Source: an uncultured Chloroflexia bacterium (GTDB lineage Bacteria > Chloroflexota > Limnocylindria > QHBO01). From it: DNA of 64,000 bases. Within the stretch, counting starts at the first letter, position 1. The number at the start of each line of letters is the position of its first letter. Location: assembly GCA_963805305.1 (NCBI GenBank), contig CAWDTM010000008.1:628620-692619 (forward strand). The letters run 5' to 3'. Positions 1-8,349 of the stretch are shown here, piece after piece. The translations under genes and the position numbers were made by a program. The notes beneath the pieces are model-generated. The model was not told the origin of the DNA, made no database searches, and saw nothing but the letters and a program-made list of their open reading frames with translations.

Positions 1-356
1 CTGGTAAAGGCGGCCTTGGCGGTTTCGACGATCTTGCCGAAGGCAGCATCATCCCGGACGGCGAGATCCGCGAGCACCTTGCGGTCGACGGCCACGCCTG
101 CGGTCTTGAGGCCCGCGATCAGGCGAGCGTAGGGCAGGCCGTGGGTGCGCGACGCGGCGTTGATACGCTGGATCCAGAGACGACGCATCTGCCGCTTCCG
201 GTTGCGCCGATCCCGGTAGGCATACACGAGGGCGTGGAAGAGCGCCTCGCGCGCGGGACGGACCAGCGTCGATCGCGTGCCGCGCCGACCCGAGGCCTGG
301 GCAAGGAGCCGCTTGTGGCGCTTGTGCGCGGGGACGCCGCGCTTGACTCGTGCCAT
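1..356 (-). CDS. rplT: 50S ribosomal protein L20 (partial; C-terminus runs off the window start)
   Basis: Reverse-strand translation from ATG at 356 reads [23 protein letters not shown]...[18 protein letters not shown], the L20 signature. Classic infC-rpmI-rplT order. Confidence 0.9.
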   Translation of the reverse strand, partial: MARVKRGVPAHKRHKRLLAQASGRRGTRSTLVRPAREALFHALVYAYRDRRNRKRQMRRLWIQRINAASRTHGLPYARLIAGLKTAGVAVDRKVLADLAVRDDAAFGKIVETAKAAFT

Positions 357-364
357 TTAGGGAC

Positions 365-562
365 CTACTCGTACGGCATGAGGCGCTTCAGCTGGGCCTC
401 ATGCACCTTGCTCACGTTTGCCTTGCCCGCGTATCGACGCGTGCGACGGCTGGACTTGATCTCCAGGTGATGACCACGCCACGCCTTGGGCCGGACCCAC
501 TTGCCGGATCCGGTCTTCTTGAAGCGCTTGGCCGTCCCCTTGTGGGTCTTCATCTTTGGCAC
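365..562 (-). CDS. rpmI: 50S ribosomal protein L35
   Basis: 65-aa ORF MPKMKTHKGTAKRFKKTGSGK..., typical L35. Sits between infC and rplT. Confidence 0.9.
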   Translation of the reverse strand: MPKMKTHKGTAKRFKKTGSGKWVRPKAWRGHHLEIKSSRRTRRYAGKANVSKVHEAQLKRLMPYE

Positions 563-566
563 TGTG

Positions 567-1241
567 CTATTGCTCCACGGCTGGCGTTGATGGCTCTTCG
601 GGCGACGCCTGCTGCACGGGCGCCGACGGGGTCATCCCCTTCGCCGCCAGCGCCTCGCCAATCGTCCCGCCACTGCTCTCGGACGATTCGGCCGCCTCGC
701 CGTTCGCCTTTTCGCTCTTCTTCTCGGCGCGCTTGTCGAGCGGCGCCATGACGATGTACATGCTCCGTCCTTCGAGGAGCGGCTGGCGCTCGATGGCCCC
801 GCTCTCGGCGAGCATCTCCGCCGCGCGCTGGAGCAGATCACGCCCGAGGTTCGCGTGCGTCATCTCCCGTCCCCGAAACTGGACCGTCACCTTCACCCGG
901 TCCCCGTCGTCGAGGAACTCGGCCGCCCGGCGGGTCTTGGTCCGCAGGTCGTTGGTGTCGATCTTGACCCGGAGACGGATCTCCTTGAAGGTCTGAGACT
1001 TCTGCTTCTTCTTGGCTTCGCGGTCGCGCTTCTGCAGCTCGTACTTGTACTGACCGTAGTCGAGGATCCGGCAGACCGGCGGGGCCGCGGTGGGCGCCAC
1101 CTCCACGAGGTCGAGCCCCTTCTCCTGTGCCAGGGCAAACGCCTCGGCGGTTGGCATCACACCAAGCTGCTGCCCTTCGTCGTCAATGACCCGCACCTCG
1201 CGGATCCGGATCATTTCGTTGACTCTGAGGTCCCGTGCGAT
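567..1241 (-). CDS. infC: translation initiation factor IF-3
   Basis: The ORF track starts at ATG 1214 (MIRIREVRVIDDEGQQLG...PPVCRILDYG). Homology (RVNEMIRIREVRV vs E. coli RINGEIRAQEVRL) continues in-frame upstream to an ATC at 1239-1241, preceded by AAGGAG 10 nt upstream. IF-3 genes classically use rare start codons. Confidence 0.85.
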   Translation of the reverse strand: MARDLRVNEMIRIREVRVIDDEGQQLGVMPTAEAFALAQEKGLDLVEVAPTAAPPVCRILDYGQYKYELQKRDREAKKKQKSQTFKEIRLRVKIDTNDLRTKTRRAAEFLDDGDRVKVTVQFRGREMTHANLGRDLLQRAAEMLAESGAIERQPLLEGRSMYIVMAPLDKRAEKKSEKANGEAAESSESSGGTIGEALAAKGMTPSAPVQQASPEEPSTPAVEQ

Positions 1242-1382
1242 CTTCGTCCAGCTCCTTCAACAAACAGGCCACCGGCCGCTAGGGTCGGAGGCCTACATCC
1301 AACGCGAAAACGCCGCGAGACTATACCTCGGACCGGCGTGCTCAGTCAACGCGTCGCGACCGTGGACGGGACCGATGGCGCC

Positions 1383-1748
1383 CTAGGTCGGCCAGTCGAA
1401 GAAGACGGCCACCTGCCGTCCATCGGGATCTGCGACGCGGAAGGACCGGCTGCCCTCCCATCGGTCGCCGGATGGTGGCGCGACCAGCGCGAATCCGCGC
1501 TGACCGAGCTCCTGCGCCCAGCCGTCCACCTCTGCCGCGGTGTCGACCCGAAATCCGATCTGGATGCCGTCGCGGGTCGCGGTCTCGGCTCGCCGGAACG
1601 AGAGCTCGAACCCGCCCAGCTCCAGGTCCACCCCACCATCGTCGCCGGCGCGCAGACGAAAGCCAAAGGCATGCTCGTAGAACTCGGCGCAGCGCATCGG
1701 GTTCGTGGAACGGAGCGCCAGCTGGCCCACGCCGCGCATCTTCCTCAT
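1383..1748 (-). CDS. VOC/glyoxalase-bleomycin resistance family protein
   Basis: 121-aa ORF with a glyoxalase-like fold signature (FGFRL...GGFELSFRR...IGFRVD). Confidence 0.65.
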   Translation of the reverse strand: MRKMRGVGQLALRSTNPMRCAEFYEHAFGFRLRAGDDGGVDLELGGFELSFRRAETATRDGIQIGFRVDTAAEVDGWAQELGQRGFALVAPPSGDRWEGSRSFRVADPDGRQVAVFFDWPT

Positions 1749-1758
1749 GGGTGGTGGC

Positions 1759-3570
1759 TCAGTCCGCCGGCGCGTTGTCTTCGTACGGCCACAGCTCGCG
1801 TCGAGCGTTGCGGCCGGCCAGCTGCTCCACGAACTCGGCGAGGGGCACGCCCTGGCGCGAGCGGCCGGTGCGCAGCCGCGGGCTGACCGCTCCGGCCTCC
1901 TGGTCCCGGTCCCCCACCACCAGCATCACGGGGATCTGCTGCTCCTGCGCATCGCGCAGCTTTGCCTGCATCCGCTCCGAGCGATCATCGACCGCCGCGC
2001 GAATCCCCGCGGCGGCAAGGGCATCCCGGACGGAAGTCGCGTACTCGATATGCCGATCGGCGATGGGAATGACCACGGCCTGGACCGGGGCCAGCCAGAG
2101 CGGAAAGGCGCCCGCGAAATGTTCGACGATCACGCCGACGAAGCGCTCGAAGGTGCCGTAGATGGCGTAGTGGATCATCACCGGGCGCTCGAAGCCGCCC
2201 TCGCCGGTGCGGTATTCGAGGTCGAAGCGCTGGGGCAGCTGGTAGTCGAGCTGGACGGTGGCCATCTGCCATTCGCGTCCCAGCGCATCCTCGATGAAGA
2301 CGTCGATCTTCGGGGCATAGAAGGCCGCGCCACCGGGATCCATCGTGTACGCCAGCGCCTCGGCGTCGAGCGCCTCGCGCAGGCGCCCCTCCGCCATGTC
2401 CCAGAACTCGTCGGAGCCCAGCTTCTTGGCCGGTCGTGTGGCGAGTTTGAAGCGCGGCTGGAAGCCGAATGGCTCGTACTGGCGCAGGACGAGGGCGAGC
2501 GCGAGGCGCAGCTCGTCGGCGACCTGGTCGTCGCGGCAGAACACGTGGGAGTCGTCCTGCGTCAGCTGACGAACGCGGAACATGCCGGCGAGGGCGCCGG
2601 TTCGCTCCTTGCGGAAGAGGGTCGAGTAATCGGCGAAGCGCATGGGTAGATCGCGATAGGAGCGCGATCGCGTCTTGTAGACCAGGATCTCCTGGGGGCA
2701 GTTCATGGGCTTGAGGCCGGACGGATGGTCGGAGTCGTCCAGGATGAACATGTTGTCCTGGTACAGCTCCCAGTGGCCGGACTGCTCCCACAGCTCCCTG
2801 CGGACGAGGGACGGTGTCCGCACCTCGGCGAAGCCGCCCTCCGTGCGGACCTGCAGCGACCACGCTTCCAGGACGCGCCAGAGCGCCATCCCCTTGGGGT
2901 GCCAGAAGGGTGCCGCCGGCGACTCGGGATGGAAGGTGAACAGGTCGAGGTCACGTCCCAGTCGCCGGTGGTCGCGCGCCTTGGCCTGCTCGAGCCTCCA
3001 GAGGTACTGATCCAGCTCCTCCTGCGTCTCCCAGACCGTTCCGTAGATGCGCTGGAGCATTGGGCGGTTCTCGTCGCCGCGCCAGTACGCGGCGGCGCTG
3101 TTCAGGAGCTTGAAGGGACCCAGGCGTCCGGTCGAGGCCAGGTGCGGGCCGCGGCACAGGTCGCTGAAATCGCCGTGCCGGTAGAAGCTGATGATGCGCG
3201 CCTCCTCATCGGGAAGCTCGCGGACGATCTCGACCTTGAACGGCTGGGTCTCCGACTCGAGCCGGGCAAGCGCTGTGGCCCGGTCGAGCTCCGTGCGCTC
3301 GAAGGCGAGGTCCGCAGCCACCTGCTCGCCCATCCTGCCCTCGATCGCCTCCAGGTCGGCAGGGGTCAGCGGCCGGGGCAGGTCGAAGTCGTAGTAGAAG
3401 CCGTCCCTGATGGCCGGTCCGATGCCCAGCTTCGCGTCGGGAAACAGCCCGAGGACGGCGGACGCCATGATGTGCGCCGCGGAGTGCCGCATCGTGTCGA
3501 GCGGCTCGTGGGCGCCCGCATCGAGGAGCTCGTCCGCGGCGGAACGGATCTCGTCAGAGTCGATGGCCAT
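1759..3570 (-). CDS. thrS: threonine--tRNA ligase (apparently lacking the N-terminal TGS domain)
   Basis: 603-aa ORF with MRHSAAHIMA (editing-domain HxxxH) at residue ~27 and class II aaRS motifs. ATG at 3570 is only 48 nt downstream of the upstream gene's stop (3619). Confidence 0.9.
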   Translation of the reverse strand: MAIDSDEIRSAADELLDAGAHEPLDTMRHSAAHIMASAVLGLFPDAKLGIGPAIRDGFYYDFDLPRPLTPADLEAIEGRMGEQVAADLAFERTELDRATALARLESETQPFKVEIVRELPDEEARIISFYRHGDFSDLCRGPHLASTGRLGPFKLLNSAAAYWRGDENRPMLQRIYGTVWETQEELDQYLWRLEQAKARDHRRLGRDLDLFTFHPESPAAPFWHPKGMALWRVLEAWSLQVRTEGGFAEVRTPSLVRRELWEQSGHWELYQDNMFILDDSDHPSGLKPMNCPQEILVYKTRSRSYRDLPMRFADYSTLFRKERTGALAGMFRVRQLTQDDSHVFCRDDQVADELRLALALVLRQYEPFGFQPRFKLATRPAKKLGSDEFWDMAEGRLREALDAEALAYTMDPGGAAFYAPKIDVFIEDALGREWQMATVQLDYQLPQRFDLEYRTGEGGFERPVMIHYAIYGTFERFVGVIVEHFAGAFPLWLAPVQAVVIPIADRHIEYATSVRDALAAAGIRAAVDDRSERMQAKLRDAQEQQIPVMLVVGDRDQEAGAVSPRLRTGRSRQGVPLAEFVEQLAGRNARRELWPYEDNAPAD

Positions 3571-3618
3571 GGTGCCCGCAAGCGTAGCGCATCGGCCCCG
3601 TGGGCTCCGGCTGCCTCG

Positions 3619-4401
3619 TCAGCGTGGGGCGAGGGTCCCAGCGAAGACCTGCCAGGCCAGCGCGGACTTGGCCAGGAGCGACAACGCGATGTACACCGCC
3701 TCGCCGAAGAGGTAGTCGCGCCAGGGCCCCACGCGCCGGTACTGGAGCACCATGTTCACGGCAAAGCTGTTGAAGAACACGAAGAGCGACACGAAGATCG
3801 CGTAGACGAACGTCGGCGCGGCGACTTCGGACCCGGGGTTCCACAGGTAGATGCCGATGAGGACCCAGGGGACCGCCCCGGTCATCACGCCGAACCAGTA
3901 GCTCATCCAGTTCGGCCTGCCGGGCTGCTCGTAATGCTCCATAAGCAGGCCGAACAGAATCATGGCCGCGTTCACCCCGAAGATGGCGCCCAGTGCGGCG
4001 ACGTCGCTGATCCCCGGGAGCATGGCGATGAGCACGACCATCAGCGACGAGCTCAGGGCGTACTCGATCCAGCGGGCGTAGTTCCGGCCGTGGAGGAGGT
4101 TGGACCGATACCACCCGAAGATGCCGGGGCTGGCCACGATGAAATGGGCCGCCGCGGAGAGGAGGAGGAAGCCGGCGATGGCCGGGCCGAACGGCAGCTC
4201 GAACAGGGTGGCGTTGCGGACCAGGCCGGATCCCGGTGGTCCGTCCATGAAGGTGGCCGTTACCGGCAGGGCGAAGTCGTTGGCGAGGAGCAGGATGGCG
4301 ATCGCCTGGGCCAGGTGCAGGAAGCCCATGACGACGTTGTAGGCACGGAGGCGGATGAGGCGACGATCCTGCTGCGCCCCGGCGGCAATGGCCTGATTCA
4401 T
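3619..4401 (-). CDS. heliorhodopsin (retinal-binding 7TM, inverted topology family)
   Basis: The 260-aa ORF shares hallmark blocks with heliorhodopsin 48C12: ALANDFALP, NGPPG, RWIEYALSSS, FGVNAAMILFGLL, FVFFNSFA, VLQYRR. The helix-7 retinal lysine context SLLAKSALAWQVFAG is present. Seven hydrophobic helices. Confidence 0.85.
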   Translation of the reverse strand: MNQAIAAGAQQDRRLIRLRAYNVVMGFLHLAQAIAILLLANDFALPVTATFMDGPPGSGLVRNATLFELPFGPAIAGFLLLSAAAHFIVASPGIFGWYRSNLLHGRNYARWIEYALSSSLMVVLIAMLPGISDVAALGAIFGVNAAMILFGLLMEHYEQPGRPNWMSYWFGVMTGAVPWVLIGIYLWNPGSEVAAPTFVYAIFVSLFVFFNSFAVNMVLQYRRVGPWRDYLFGEAVYIALSLLAKSALAWQVFAGTLAPR

Positions 4402-4478
4402 GACTGCGATACGGTATCCCTGCGCGGGTGGATCAGGGAAGGGGTCCGGAGCGATCCACGCGCCCGGCGGTTCGCGCC

Positions 4479-4946
4479 CTACGGCCTCGGCGAGGGCGCA
4501 GGGTAGGTGACCTCTCGAACGAGCGCTCGGTCGATTGGGGCGGTCCCCTGGTCGAGCACCTCGATGCTGCCGTCGGTGTCGCGGCGTTCGAAGCGATAGT
4601 CGAGGATGACGCCCACTGACAGGTCCTCGATCCGGATCGTGAACGGGTACGGCGACGGATCGCAGGGCGGCGTGTCGCCTCCGCCGGTTCCACAGAAGAC
4701 GCGCTGCGGCCTATCGATGGATGCGGGGTTGGTCTGGACGAAGAGGCCGAACGACGCCGTATGCGCGGGCGGCTCGCCAAGGAACAGGTTGAACTGGGCG
4801 GTGGCGGGCCCGGTCCTCGATGCGGGTGGCGTCGAGGACGCGGGAGACGTGCTGGGCGATGACGAGGGAGCGAAGCCGCAGGCGGCGAGCATCAGGAGCC
4901 CGAGCACCAGGGAGCCGGCAGCAGCACCGCGGCGGCGCCGTCGCAT
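4479..4946 (-). CDS. putative secreted lipoprotein (hypothetical)
   Basis: N-terminal MRRRRRGAAAGSLVLGLLMLAACG: signal peptide plus lipobox LAAC. Start is 4 nt after the paaD stop. Confidence 0.5.
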   Translation of the reverse strand: MRRRRRGAAAGSLVLGLLMLAACGFAPSSSPSTSPASSTPPASRTGPATAQFNLFLGEPPAHTASFGLFVQTNPASIDRPQRVFCGTGGGDTPPCDPSPYPFTIRIEDLSVGVILDYRFERRDTDGSIEVLDQGTAPIDRALVREVTYPAPSPRP

Positions 4947-4950
4947 CGGC

Positions 4951-5466
4951 TCAGACCGCCTTGAACTGCTCGAATGGCTGATGGCAGGCGTCGCAGTGAT
5001 GGATCGAGCGGCAGAGCGTGGGGCCGAACGGGTTGTCCATCGTCGTGTTGCGCGAGCCGCAGTACGGGCACGGCGTGGTACCCAGCATGGTGACGAGGCC
5101 GCTCTGGGGCGGAACGAGCTCGGGTGGCGCGAAGCCGCTCGAGCGCAGCTTCTCGCGTCCCTCGGCGCTGATCCGGTCCGAGGTCCACGGCTCGGCGAAG
5201 CTGAGCTCGACGATGACCTCGTCGGCGAGCCGCAGGGCCGTCAGTCGCTCCCCCACCTGTGCGCGCATGACGTCGATCGCCGGACAGCCGACGAAGGTGG
5301 GCAGCAGCTCCACCCGCAGCCACTCTCCGCCGTCTGGCTTCTCCTCGAACGCGAAGCCGCGGATGACGCCCAGCTCGACGACGCTGATGGTCGGGATCTC
5401 CGGATCGGCGACCTCGTCGAGGGCAGCCCACACGACGGTGTCGCGCGGATCGCGCACCGCTACCAC
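4951..5466 (-). CDS. paaD: phenylacetate-CoA oxygenase subunit PaaD (PaaJ)
   Basis: 171 aa, DUF59/MIP18-like N-terminus and C-terminal cysteine cluster CPYCGS...CDAC, typical of PaaD. Confidence 0.8.
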   Translation of the reverse strand: MVAVRDPRDTVVWAALDEVADPEIPTISVVELGVIRGFAFEEKPDGGEWLRVELLPTFVGCPAIDVMRAQVGERLTALRLADEVIVELSFAEPWTSDRISAEGREKLRSSGFAPPELVPPQSGLVTMLGTTPCPYCGSRNTTMDNPFGPTLCRSIHHCDACHQPFEQFKAV

Positions 5467-6242
5467 GTCGCCTCCGGATCGGAGCGGGCCACCATCGTGA
5501 ACTCGCCATGCAGCCAGCGGAAGTCGTCCGTGCGACGGGTGCGACTGTCCGGCGGAGGCTCCAGGTCAGGGTCCGCAGCCGGCAGGCCAAGCGAGTGCAG
5601 CGTCTCCCCCACCATCGCGACCCAGCGGCGTCGGAGGGTCGCCATCGGCGCCGGCAGGATCGCGGCATCGGTCAGCGCCGCCTCGCCGATGAGGGGTGCG
5701 AAGATCGCCTGCGCATCGGGCCACAGCGTGTCGAGCGACTCGGACAGCCGCTGGCGCGCCGCGGTTCCGCCCTCGGCCAGCCGCTTCATCCAGGCCCCGA
5801 GGTGCATCAGGTGGTAGCGCTCTTCGCGCCGCATCTTTGCCGCGAGGCGCGCGAGCGGCTCATACGATGACGCGCTGAGCGCCTCCAGACGCACGGCATC
5901 GGCCGTTTCGTACAGGTAGCGGCGGGCGACGGTGAAGGCCCAGTCGGTCCGCGGATGGTTCAGCAGCGCGGCATGCCGATAGGCGTGCGCTTCGCGTCCG
6001 AACGCGATCCGGTCCGGGTCGTCGCCGGTCAGCTCGGCCAGGAGCTCGTAGAGTGCCTTGGCGTGGCCGATCTCGTCCTGGCTGATGGAGCTGGTGGCGA
6101 CATCCTCCTCGAGCATGGGCGCGATGCCGGTCCATTCGGAGTCCCAGAAGCCGATGACGAACTCGTCGTCGGCCACGCTCAGCAGCAGCTCGGCCAGCGC
6201 CTCGCGCGGCAGGGATGGGTCAGGGGCAGGCGCCGTCCTCAT
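5460..6242 (-). CDS. paaC: 1,2-phenylacetyl-CoA epoxidase subunit C (PaaC/PaaI)
   Basis: 260-aa ferritin-like ORF in paaABCD order. Overlaps its neighbours by a few nt. Confidence 0.75.
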   Translation of the reverse strand: MRTAPAPDPSLPREALAELLLSVADDEFVIGFWDSEWTGIAPMLEEDVATSSISQDEIGHAKALYELLAELTGDDPDRIAFGREAHAYRHAALLNHPRTDWAFTVARRYLYETADAVRLEALSASSYEPLARLAAKMRREERYHLMHLGAWMKRLAEGGTAARQRLSESLDTLWPDAQAIFAPLIGEAALTDAAILPAPMATLRRRWVAMVGETLHSLGLPAADPDLEPPPDSRTRRTDDFRWLHGEFTMVARSDPEATW

Positions 6243-6622
6243 GCCGGCTCCCCGACTGTCTCCGGCTCATCCTCGCCCGGCGCGGCGCCTGCGCGTGCCT
6301 TGGCTGCCTCGAGCTTGTGCTTGATGATGTAGCCGCCCGGGCGCTTGAAGGACCGATCGAATGGCGGCTTGAGCAGGTCCGGGTCGTCGAGCTCCGCGAT
6401 CTGGTCACGGTCAACCACCCAGAGCCGATGGCTCTCCTGGCGCCGCCCGTAGAACTCGCGCGCGTAGTGCAGCGCCAGCTCCTCGTCGGGTGCCCTGACG
6501 TTGCCGGAGTGGATCATGGGATCTCCCTCCGCCTCCTGGCGAAAGACCTCCCATACCCGATCGCCGCTCCCGGACTGCTGCTCCATGCGGGAAGGGTACC
6601 GCGCGGTCATGGCGGTCGCCAT
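6239..6622 (-). CDS. paaB: 1,2-phenylacetyl-CoA epoxidase subunit B (PaaB)
   Basis: WEVFRQEAEG...IHSGNVRAPDEELALHYAREFYGRR...LWVV matches PaaB. True start may be the internal Met at ~6586. Confidence 0.75.
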   Translation of the reverse strand: MATAMTARYPSRMEQQSGSGDRVWEVFRQEAEGDPMIHSGNVRAPDEELALHYAREFYGRRQESHRLWVVDRDQIAELDDPDLLKPPFDRSFKRPGGYIIKHKLEAAKARAGAAPGEDEPETVGEPA

Positions 6623-6668
6623 CCGGATGGGAAACGCTCGAGGTTGACCGGCGGAGGGAGCCGGCGGG

Positions 6669-7649
6669 TCAGGCGGCGGCGCCGGTTCCCGCGGGCGCCT
6701 GGCCCAGGACGGCGTCGCGTACCCACTGGGTCGCCGCGAAGCTCTCGCGGCGGAACGCCAGCCGCTCCTGGGAGCGCGGGCCGTGTCCGGTGACGACCGA
6801 TCGGAGCTCGTTCCAGTCCGGCTCGGTGTACTGCCAGCGGCCCATCGCCTCGTCGTAGCGCAGCGCCGGATCCGGGATGGTCAGGCCCAGCTCGCGAATG
6901 CGCGGCACGTAGATGGTCAGGAACTCCTGCCGCAGCTGCTCGTTGCCCTTGGCCTTGATCTTCCAGATCAGGTCGCGATCCGTCGCCGGGTCGGTTGGCG
7001 GGCCGTGCATCTGCATCAGGGGCCCCCACCATCGGTCCAGGGCGTCCTGGACCAGGGCGCGCTGGGCGGTCGAGCCGTTCATCATGGTCAGGACGACATC
7101 GCGCCCGTGCATGATGTGGACGCTCTCCTCCCAGCAGATCTTCTTCATGGTGCGCGCGTACGGCGCGTACGAAGAGTCGCGGAGCGCCTGCTGGCTGACG
7201 ATGGCCGCGGCGTCCACGAGCCAGGCGATGATGCCGACATCGGCCCACGACTCGGTCGGGTAGTGGAAGACGTTGTGGAACTTCGTCTTGCCGGCCATCA
7301 GGTCGGCGAGCATCTGCTCGCGCGGCTTCCCCAGGTCCTCCGCGACGCGGTACAGCAGCTGGGCATGGCCCACTTCGTCCTGGATCTTGCTGGTCAGCGC
7401 CAGCTTGCGCTTGAGCGTGGGTGCGCGAAGGATCCATTCGCGCTCCGGGAGCACGCCCATCAGCTCGGAGTTGGCGTGCATCTCCACGAACTTGAGGACC
7501 GCGGCCCGGTAGTCATCGGGCATGAAGTCGTCCGCCTCGACCCGACCCCCACCCGAGACGCGGGCGTAGAAGGCTTCGGCGCGGGCGGAGTCGTCGATGG
7601 TCGCGGTCACGAGGGCACCTCCAACGGGTCTGCTCGTAGGGTAGCGCAT
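6669..7649 (-). CDS. paaA: 1,2-phenylacetyl-CoA epoxidase catalytic subunit A (PaaA)
   Basis: 326-aa diiron oxygenase-like ORF (EMHANSELMG...QDEVGHAQLLY...EESVHIMHG). Confidence 0.85.
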   Translation of the reverse strand: MRYPTSRPVGGALVTATIDDSARAEAFYARVSGGGRVEADDFMPDDYRAAVLKFVEMHANSELMGVLPEREWILRAPTLKRKLALTSKIQDEVGHAQLLYRVAEDLGKPREQMLADLMAGKTKFHNVFHYPTESWADVGIIAWLVDAAAIVSQQALRDSSYAPYARTMKKICWEESVHIMHGRDVVLTMMNGSTAQRALVQDALDRWWGPLMQMHGPPTDPATDRDLIWKIKAKGNEQLRQEFLTIYVPRIRELGLTIPDPALRYDEAMGRWQYTEPDWNELRSVVTGHGPRSQERLAFRRESFAATQWVRDAVLGQAPAGTGAAA

Positions 7650-7665
7650 GCCCCGCGCCGGTGCC

Positions 7666-8040
7666 TCAGCGCGGGATCAGCTCCAGCGTCGTGGAGAGCA
7701 CGCCGTCGGCAACCATCGCCGGCGTCGCCGAATCGCCCGCGTACTTGTCGAGGAAGCCGCGACTGGCCGCCTCGATCCGCTCCTCGTCGGTGGCCACCTG
7801 GGCCGTCGCGGCAATGCGCCGGCTTCCGAGCTGCAGCGTGACGGACGAGCGTGAGAGGGCCTCGCGGTACCAGCGAGCCGTGGGGCCGCGGTATGACCGG
7901 ATCAGTGCGCGGCCCCTGTCGTCCACGACCACCCAGATGATGGTGCTGTGGACCGTGCCCGCGTCCGACGCGGTCTCGATGCGGATCTCGGGCATCTCGC
8001 GCAGCAGGGCGCGCAGATCGGTCGGGAATCGATCGGGCAT
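7666..8040 (-). CDS. hypothetical protein (DUF2255 / PNPOx-like split-barrel, tentative)
   Basis: 124-aa ORF, co-directional and 16 nt upstream of paaA. No firm motif recognised. Confidence 0.45.
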   Translation of the reverse strand: MPDRFPTDLRALLREMPEIRIETASDAGTVHSTIIWVVVDDRGRALIRSYRGPTARWYREALSRSSVTLQLGSRRIAATAQVATDEERIEAASRGFLDKYAGDSATPAMVADGVLSTTLELIPR

Positions 8041-8096
8041 GCGGGAAGCGTAGCAGCCCGGCGCGGATCCACCGGCGTGGCCTGGTTGCGCAGTTA

Positions 8097-8349
8097 GTCG
8101 TGCGGGGCGCGACGCAGGGGCCGATGCCAGCGCTGGTAGGCGCCGTCCGATGGCTCGCCCAGGGCGACCCGGTCACCCTCGGCACCGGCGAGGGCGCTGA
8201 GGGGGACGTAGAGGTCCACCGGCACGAGCCCGGAGGTGCGAACGAGGAGATAGTCGGCGAAGACGGCGTCCACGCGCCCGAGGAGACGCCCCTCGGAACC
8301 GAAGACGCTGCTGCCCACCGTGACGGCGGGTATCGGACGGGCGTTCATG
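8097..8349 (-). CDS. PRC-barrel domain protein (hypothetical)
   Basis: Internal Met of the longer ORF: MNARPIPAVTVGSSVFGSEGRLLGRVDAVFADYLLVRTSG...VPLSAL resembles PRC-barrel proteins. Its ATG overlaps the DagK stop (ATGA). Confidence 0.45.
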
